Part shown: piece by piece, positions 55,241-64,000 of the stretch
Layout of the letters: the number at the start of each line of letters is the position of its first letter
Numbering within the stretch: the stretch's first letter is position 1
Origin: Camelus dromedarius
Taxonomy: Eukaryota
Assembly (NCBI RefSeq): GCF_036321535.1
Contig: NC_087436.1
Span: 8,618,001-8,682,000 of the forward strand
Direction: 5' to 3'
DNA length: 64,000 nt
The notes under the pieces: model-generated
What the model was told of the DNA's origin: nothing
Databases searched by the model: none
Seen by the model: only the letters and a program-made list of their open reading frames with translations
Position numbers and translations under genes: made by a program

Positions 55241-55444
55241 CTAACCAACCTGGCTGATCATGGTCTGTACCAGTCCCTGAAATGAGCCAATAAGAAAGAA
55301 AATCTAATGGGTATTAATAACAAGTATGTTCCAAATTTGACTGGTCAGGGCTTTCTATAGCAAAACATTTTTTAAATTTTTATTTTATATTAATATTATA
55401 TATACAAATACCTGATGATCCAGCAACCCCACTTCAGGTGATAT

Positions 55445-56000
55445 TGAGGTGGGAAGCCCCATAAAAAAGACTGGTAGGACCTCCTGCCAGCACCATCAGG
55501 TACCCTGGCCCAGCAGCTTTATCTCATTTTTTGCCTCTGAAATGGCTTACCCCTAGAATTCTATTGGTTCCCTGAGCTAACTCCTGATTGGTCCATTTGT
55601 AGTGCTTCATTTGCACAGAGCTCATTCCTGATTGGTCAATTTCCCTCACTCCTGATTGGTCCATTTCTCTCACTCTTGATTGGTCCATTTCTACAAAGCT
55701 TGTTCCTAATTAGTCACCTTTGTTGTAACTTTTTTGCATATGATGTTACAAAATGTTGCAAAGTCTAGACTGGCAGTCTATTAAAGACTGTGTAAACCTA
55801 CAGATGGGGTCCAGAGCTTGGAGTGTTAACTCCTCTGGGCCTGCTGGCATAATAAACCTGAGCTCTCCAACTCTCCGACTGCTGCTTGGTCTCTTGCCCG
55901 GATCCAAGTTGCTGTCACAACTGAACTGTAACACAGAGCTGTAACACTGAGCTGTAACATTGAGCTACAACACTGAGCTGTCACACGCTTTTCTGAAACA
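55445..56000 (+). mobile_element. ERV1-type solo LTR, 556 bp
   Basis: TG..CA termini, 4-bp TSD ATAT (55441-44 and 56001-04), repeated ATTGG boxes, TATTAAA at 55779, AATAAA at 55851, 13-bp tandem repeats. Confidence 0.9.
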
Positions 56001-56504
56001 ATATAACCAAAGGAAATACAACTATTATCTTAAAGACACAGTTGTATGTATGGACATCTCTCTCCTCTTCAGAGCAGCATTATTCACAATAGCCAAAGTA
56101 TGGAAACAACCTAAGTGGCTGTTAATGGATGAATGGGTAAAGAAAATGTGATATTACTCAGTCTTAAAAAAAGAAGGAAACCCTGTCATTTGCAACAACA
56201 CAGATAAACCTGGAGTGCATTATGCTAAGTGAAATAAGCCAGACAAAGAATCACTTACATGTGGAATTAAAAAAAGAAAAGTTTAACTTCTAGAAGCAGA
56301 GAGTAGAAAAGTGATTGCCAGGGGCCAGGGAGAATGGAGGAAATTGGGAGATGTTGGTTAAAAAGGCAAAAACTGTCAGTTATAAGATGAGTAAGGTCTG
56401 AGGATCTAATGTACAACATGGTGACTACAGTAGATAACACTGTAGTGAATAATTGAAACTTGCTAAGAGAATAGAATTTAGTTCCACACACACACAAAAG
56501 GCTA

Positions 56505-57335
56505 ACAAAAAGGCATATTATTCAATTCAAATGTGGGCTATTGATTTGAATAGACATAGACGTGTCTCCAAAAGTAGGCAAAGAGCCTTATAATAAGCTC
56601 ATCAAAAGATGTCAAAGTTCACTAGACATCACAGAAAGGCAAATTAAAATCACAGTGTGATACCACTTATACACACTACAGTGGTTATGAAACAACAAAA
56701 TAAATACGGAAAATAATATGTATAGAAATTGGAACTCTGGCACATTGCTGCTGCTGGCAATGTAAAATGGTGCAGCCACCGTGGAAGACATCAGTGGTTC
56801 CTCAGACCATTACGTGCAGAATCTCCACGTGATTGGCAATGTCAAGCCTAGGTTTATACAAATGATGAATGAAACAGGTTTTCCATCATAAACACGTATG
56901 TGAATATTCATAATAACCACCAAGTGGAAATGATATAAACAACTACCAACCAGTGAATAGAAAAATAAAATGTGTAACCATACAATAAAATATTTTGGTA
57001 ATAAGAAGGAAAGAAGTACTGATATATGCTATAACATTCTGCTGCGATATCATGCTAAGTGAAAACAGCATGACCCAGAAGACTACACGCTGCGTGAGCC
57101 TGTTTTCTATGAAATGTCCAGAATGCGTAAATGAATCAGGATAGAAAGCATGTTCATGGTTGTGGGGGGCAGAGGGGAGGGAGAAGTGGGAAATGACCGC
57201 TTAATGGATATGAGCTTTATTGGGGGGATAATGAAAACGTTTTAGAATTAGCGGGATGGTTGCCCAACATTTTAAATGTACTGTAAGCCACACTTTAGAA
57301 CGGTTTGAGGTTATGTGTATTTTACTTTGATAGAG
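56505..57335 (+). mobile_element. Older L1 (L1MB-like), 3' continuation
   Basis: caattcaaatgtgggc..tgaatagaca..tgtaaaatggtgcagccacc..catgctaagtgaaa..gaaaacgttttagaattag. Confidence 0.85.
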
Positions 57336-57369
57336 AAAGAAAAGAAAGATGAAGAAAGGCTGAAGAAAG

Positions 57370-59520
57370 TTTGTGGATTAAAAGATACTAAAAAGAAATA
57401 TTAAAGAAATGCGAACTGGGATCCAGAATGGATGCCGGGCCAGGAAAAATGAGCTACAAAGTTATTATTGGAAAGATTGTCAACAAGTCAATATGGATTG
57501 TAAACTAGATCATGAAATTCTATCAGTGTCACACTTCCTGATTTGATAACTGCATTTCGATTGGGTAAAAAACTTTCTTAAAAAATTCTGAATTAATTAG
57601 TGGTAAAAATAAAAATTATATCAAACTTATTCATATATATACATATATGTGTGTATATATATATATGTGTGTGTGTATATATATATAATCACTGACATTA
57701 ACAATGAGATGGCTTAAACACAATGCTACACATAAAAAAGTGAGAATCAATAGACTAAACATGATATCTGGACCACCTGAGAAATTTCTGCTTCCAATAA
57801 TATTGGATATGTGATTCTTATCAATTCTGATCAATCATCTTTCTGATTAGAACTTAAAATCCTGGTCACCTGTATACGTTATAGTGAAACTGCAGAACAG
57901 CAGAGAAAAGGAGAAAAATCATAAAAAGCAATCTCAAGAAACAAAATGACACACCAAAGAATAAAAGTCAGACTAAAAGTTAAATTCTTACAGAAATGCT
58001 GAAAACAAAAGTGAGATTATAATCAACTTCATGCCAGTACATAACTTTAAATAAAACTAACGTATTTCTAGAAACACAAACTTCTGGCTGCCCTATACAA
58101 AAATTATTACAAGAAATAGAGACTCTTATTACATTAATAAAAATTTACTACTAAAATAATAGTAAAATAAATTTACTAAATTTATTAAAAAATTTTTTTC
58201 AAAGAAAACTGTTGAATACCCAATCTATAGAAGAAATAACACCAACCTCATACAGACTTCTCTAGAGAATAGAAAAGGGGTGTGGAGTTTCTTTGGAATT
58301 GTTAAAATATCTGTACAAATCCACTGATAAACTCCTGTCTTCAAAAGGTGGAGACCAATTCTTCTCAACTTATGTGTGACTGGACTTAATGACTCACTGT
58401 TAATTAATAGAATATGGTGGATTGTGGTGCACGATACCCAATATTAGGTTATAAAAGGTATAGTAGCATCTTCCTATGTCTTCGGCTCACTTGCTGTTGG
58501 AGAAGTCAGCTGCCTGGTCATAAAAATACTCCATCAGCCTTACAGAGATGCTTATATGTCAAATGACAAAGAGAGGCCCCACCCCACAGCCAGCAAAGAA
58601 CCAATAGTCATGAGGAGGGAGCCATCTTGGAAGTGAATCCTCCCGCGCCCACTGAACTTTCAGATCACAGCAGCCCTGGCCAATATATTGATCAAAACCT
58701 CAGAAAAGACCTCATACCAGGACCACTTAGCTAAGCTATTCTCAATTTTTTTTATCTCATTTATCTCTTATCTCCATTTGCCCATTATCATCTCAGAAAA
58801 TAATAAAATGTTTCTTGTTTGTAGCAACTAAGATGTAGGTTAATTTATTATGTGCTAGTAGATAAATAAATAAAATTCCCAATTTGTTTTGAGGACCATA
58901 CAAGCTTAATATCAAAATCAGACAAGGGCATTATTTAAAAAAAAGAATAATTATTGGTCAATTTCATTTGTGAAAATAAAGATGTCCCCCAAATATATAT
59001 CAAACAAAATCCAGTATAATATAAAAGTGATAACATGCCATGAAATATTTGTCTATTTATAGATACTCAAAAATTATTCAATATAATTTACTACATAATT
59101 AGTTTAAAGGAGATAGACAATATGATCTCAATATAGACAGAAAAGTCATTTATTTTCAGCACACAAAAATGAGCAAGTGTTTTCCTTATTGTGATAATGG
59201 ATATCCTAAAATATACAGCCAACATCTGTAAATATATGACGGAGTAAAATAAATACAAAAGAAAGTACAGATGAATTGTCAGAATAAGTAAATTTAGTAA
59301 GCTTGGCATGATGCAATTATACTTGTAAATATCAGCAAGAAACATTCAAAATATCTTAAATAATACAAATTTTATAAAGCAAAAAACATATTGCATATCC
59401 ATGAATACATCTAACCAATAAATGGTGTCCAAGTCCTTTGTAAGAAAATTCTAAAATGTGGAAAAATATTGCTTAAAAAATGAAATAAGACTTAATAGAT
59501 GGCGGAATAAAACATATCTG
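57370..59520 (+). mobile_element. Degraded ancient L1 fragments, interrupted by an MLT1 LTR
   Basis: cacttcctgatttgataactg; aagaaataacaccaacctcatacagacttctctagagaatagaa; atgatctcaatatagacagaaaagtcattt. Confidence 0.6.
58290..58868 (+). mobile_element. MLT1-type solo LTR
   Basis: ctggacttaatgactcact..aatagaat..gagccatcttggaagtgaatcctcc..cttagctaagct..aatttattatgtgctagtagataa. Confidence 0.85.
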
Positions 59521-60211
59521 TGGTCTCTGTAGTGATTATCTCCTCTGGCTTTCATTATATTGATTTCAGCCATCAGAAGTTCTTTGTTCATTTGTCTTAC
59601 CATTCCTCAGTCAGCTAAACCAGTTTTTATAGAAACCTAAATATGCCTGTCACCTGAATGCTTTTATTTATTTTACTAAAGCATCATAAATGGATTACCC
59701 AATACCTGTGACAAACTGTAAAGTGATACACTGATACAGAATGAGAAAATGAGGCTCACACTCTCAAGTGTACACCGTTCAGTAATGGAAGCCAAGGAAC
59801 ACAAAACTGGAAGACAATACATTATGTCCTGCAGTTGAGCTGATAAGGATGTGATGGCTCCAGAGAGAAAGGAGTGCTCAACACAGAACACTTTAAAAGA
59901 GTGTTGGAATTGGATTTTGAAGTGTTTTTAGGGGTATAACAAGTATTACATGTATTCATACTGAAAACAAGCTATTCTAGATAGCTGAATTTTGTAAATT
60001 TTGGAGGGTGATCCTTTCATAATATTTAACATTTAAGATGTATATTTGTTTTTATAAAAGTCTTACATGAATTACAGACCTCATATTTGGAAACTTCTAT
60101 GATAATGAAAACACTGTTTTGTTTGGTATCATTTAATGACATTCAGACTGAGGCAAAGGAGTTTGCCAAATGTTATGTGATCTTGACACATTTGAAAATC
60201 TTTTTGAGATT

Positions 60212-60660
60212 TCTTTTTCTTTCTCTTTTTGTTATTGAAGTATAGTTGATTTATAATGTGTTAGTTTCTGGTGTATAGCATAGTGATTCAGTTATACATA
60301 CATTTATATATATATATATATATATATGAATATATGTATTCTTTTTCATTATAGGTTATTACAAGATATTGAATATAGTTCCCTGTGCTATACAGTAGGA
60401 CCTTATTTATCTATTTTATATACAGCAGTGTGTATCTGCTAATCCCAAATTCCTAATTTATTCCTGCCTCTCTTTCCCTTAAATAACCATAAATTTGTTT
60501 TCTATGTCTGTGAGTCTCTTTTTGCTTTGTAAATAAGCTCATTTGTATCATTTTTTAGATTTCACATATAAGTGATACCATATATTTGTCTTTCTCTGTC
60601 TGACTTATTTCATTCAGTATGATAATCTCTACGTCTATCCATGCTGCTGTAAATGACATT
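60212..60660 (-). mobile_element. 5'-truncated L1 3' end, sense to FSTL5
   Basis: T-rich tail followed by attgaagtatagttgatttataatg..tacaagatattgaatatagttccctgtgctatacagtagg. Confidence 0.92.
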
Positions 60661-63600
60661 AAATAGCATACTTTGAAATAACAAATGTGTTTTCAAAAAT
60701 AGCTCTCATAATATTTCTATACCTGCTGGCCTGGTGACAGCATATGTTTAGCCTCTTGATACATCTAGCACTGAGTCATTCTTGTGGCTTTTTATTTTAT
60801 TGGACATTAAAACAAATAGCTTTTTAAAGAGATATTTTAATACTTCCAGCAAACCTACATCACCAAAAGACCTGGAGGAAAGAGATGCTTTCCAAATTCT
60901 GACCTAATCTCTAACCACTTAACAACATGGGAGTTAGGGGATGAGCTTTTTAAAAAGACTTATAGAGAGAGCCAAATGGATAACTACTTTCAATAAATAT
61001 TTAATAAGAGAAAGTGTATCTTGTTACAGAACTGACAGCCAAACTGAGGCTCAATGCTGTATGCGACATTCTTTGGAATAACACAAACTTGAGACAGCCT
61101 AAATATATTTGAAAATTAGTTTGAAAGGAAGCACATCAAATATCTCAGTGATAACAACAGTTTCTACATCATTGATATTAGAAAATATAGACATTATATG
61201 GGTTACCTATACTGTCTCTGATACTCCCCAAAGATAACTGTTCAAATAAGGTGCTCAGTTCCCCGCCGCAACCCACCTTCCCCCGGCATTCCCAGCTGTT
61301 TCTGCTTTATTGATATACTTGTGCATGAATTGAAAGGGAACCAGTCAACAATAATTTTTGTCATATTGGAGTTCTATACTCAATAGGTAATAAAAATAAT
61401 TTGGAAAAATAATAATACTCTCATGTGACATGCTTCTTATTCAGTGTACTAGTATCAAATGATGGTCCGAAAAGAATCTCTGAATTCACATCACACTGAT
61501 GGATAAGTGATTGGCACAACAATGTTTAACCTCAGTGACAAGACACACATTTAAACGTAGCTTATTTTTCCCAGGATACATATTATGAAATATAAATGAG
61601 GATTGATGGCAGCCTGAATTAAAAAGTCAATAATCCTCCAGAGAACGTTTCAAGCCAATTGTTACAGTCGTTCTTAGTTAGGAAGTGCACTCCATGAACT
61701 TGTCTTTTCTTCCAATTGGCAGTGCATTAAAAACAGAAACTGTAAGGATGAGCAAAGGGTTTCCACATTGGATTTAGAACCCAAGTGGCGTTCATAAAGA
61801 TCTTTAGGTAAAGCTCTTCTTATTTTAAACAAAAGCTAATATTTAAAAGTGTCTATTTACTGAAAATTTCTTAATTTCCCAAGTGATATTTGAGTCTTAC
61901 TAAAATATCTCAGCAATTTAAATGGTTGACTTTATTTGAAAACTATTTGGTATAATAGTATATCAAATAAAGTCAAATAATATTAATATTTAATAATATA
62001 ATATTACAAACACATTGAATGGTTGAGACTACATATGATTCAATTTTATTCTTTACATATAACTCAATAAATGTCTGTGACTTAAAATGGAAGATATACA
62101 AGAAGGTCTAACTATATGAATTTTGTTCATGAATAAAATTTAAGGAAAGTATACAATCAGATTTGCTTATTTTGAGTTTTAAGAGAATAATTTACAAATA
62201 TTTATTGAGCAACTTCTGCATGAAGCATGATGTGCTAATGACATCCTCTCTGCATCTCTCACGTGTTCACACTTACTTATTAACATGACTGAGCGTGGAG
62301 TTTGGGTTTTGAAATTAGCCAAAGGGAACACTGGAAATAACCGGCCTTAATCGTCTTATCTGGTACTGATCATAAAATAAGTGTCCCCAGTGAAGTGTCT
62401 ACTGCTATGTGGCTACTTGGAATCTAAACATAAATTCTGAATTAGGCTTCATGTAGTAATAGATAAGGTGTATTTAAGATCCTTGAAAAATCGTGTTTTA
62501 AAATGTAAAGGGAAATAAATTATCAGTGCATTTATAGTATTTTGGAGAAGTACTAATAAATCATTTCAAGCAGACGTCACATCTCAAGGAAACTGAACTA
62601 TTTCTTTCTATTACCCAGTTAAACAGTATAACACCATGTGACTAAATTGAACTAATATAATAAAACTGTAATTTATGTAACAGTTATTAGAGCATAAAGT
62701 GTAAATAACTGAATACTCCATATGGAAAGGCTAGTTCCTCTAAGAATATGTACATAAAGCTGATACTTTTTAATGGTTATAGAAATTAGAAATCGAAATG
62801 TGATTCTGATGCAATATTAAATTAAAAATAAAAATAGACAACTTACAGAAAATAAAGTATAATTAGTATAATTATGTCTCTGGAAATTTGGAAATCTATA
62901 TAGAATCAGTTAAAAACATTTATTAGCTCAAAACCATAAAGTATTTAAGAATAGATATAAAACTGGGTACTAACGGTTGATGGATATATTTCTCAAAAGT
63001 CCATAATAACTTTATTGAACTGGAATAAACCAGTGTGTTTCCCAGTATTAGGAAAGATTTAATAGAATTCTTCTCTAATTAAAAGAATCCTAATCCTTTT
63101 AATTAGGTCTATTAAAAGATCTAACAGAATCGTTTCATAATAGAAAGTATGAAATCCTTTCAAGTATTAGATCTAGAAAGGATCTAATGGAAAAATATGC
63201 ATAATTACAATACCAAACTCTGCCTTTTTTTTCATCCTGCAACTTTCATTCTGCGATCTTTCTTTAGAAGTCGCTGCCCGATTGCCAGAAAGTATGCAGA
63301 CCCCGGGTACTTTGGAAGACTGAGTTTAGACTTAGGAGACAGAGATCACTGACCCAATACAGTGACTGCATTCTGACTGAAAACAAAAGTGAATTTAAGG
63401 TGAACGGTCAGGTCAGAGGTATGGAAACAAAAAGACACTGATTATTTCTTTTCCCTTTCCTTGATGCGATTACCCCATATTCTTTTGAAGGACTCTACCA
63501 ATGCTCTTCCACAGATTATTCACACAGCTGCACTGTGAGAAAAGATTCTAGGAGAGCCTGAGGGTAAGAATGTGAATGTCCCTGAAGTAGCGCGGACTCA

Positions 63601-64000
63601 TAGCAGTTTCTGGATTGTGCTGTTTGTATTATGACTTCCTTTGTCATTAAAGCAACTTTCCTATGAAAAATTACAGACTGGGTTTAATAAATATTTTAAA
63701 TGCGACTGAGCCTGCCCGGTGCCTTTTGTCTCTGACATTATTAAAGCCATCAATTTCTCTTTAACTTTGTCCCTAAGCACTCTTTTTATATTCATGACTT
63801 TCACACTGCCTCTCGTCAATATTACAAAACTCTCTGATCACGTGATCGCAGCCTTCGTTAAAGTGCAGAGGAGGCAACAAACATTTGAAGGCAAAATAGA
63901 AATGAACAGAAACACACTTACGGTCATAAACTTTTCAGATTTTTTTTTTATTATTATTATTAGGTCTTCCTAGTTTTCCTACAGTACTGTGACACACCAC

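Larger units (their letters stand above)
54246..56500 (+). mobile_element. Nested L1 (L1MA9-like), itself interrupted by a SINE, a genomic insert and an LTR
   Basis: Starts cttctgcacagcaaaggaaacc; collinear ORF2 end; 3' UTR gtcagttataagatgagtaaggtctgaggatctaatgtacaacatggtgact. Confidence 0.88.

Noticed and set aside
55909..55985. Short direct repeats as a CRISPR-like array
   Set aside because: Head-to-tail 13-mers without unique spacers, inside an LTR in mammalian DNA.

Overview
AT-rich mammalian genomic DNA, probably camelid (several Vic-1-type tRNA-derived SINEs). The window lies inside FSTL5 (follistatin-like 5) on the minus strand. Four consecutive coding exons splice in frame: 52816-52655 (162 nt), 48195-48061 (135 nt), a 27-nt microexon 23910-23884, and 14411-14293 (119 nt, non-canonical GC donor). 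They encode the second Ig domain, the linker and the start of the C-terminal domain; by recollection these are exons 9-12 of the human model. The rest is intron: L1 fragments, SINEs (Vic-1, MIR), LTRs (MLT1, MLT2, one ERV1-type solo LTR), DNA transposon remnants and microsatellites. No prokaryotic system or CRISPR array is supported, and I found no new biological system. Best observations: the microexon (UGC motifs, NAGNAG acceptor, Cys created on skipping), a ~130-bp direct repeat flanking an L1, a 533-bp piece of apparently older genomic DNA inside an L1, a solo LTR with a 24-bp-periodic CCAAT array, and an inverted-repeat cluster near 63.1 kb. Repeat subfamily names come from recalled consensus sequences, and repeat boundaries are approximate.
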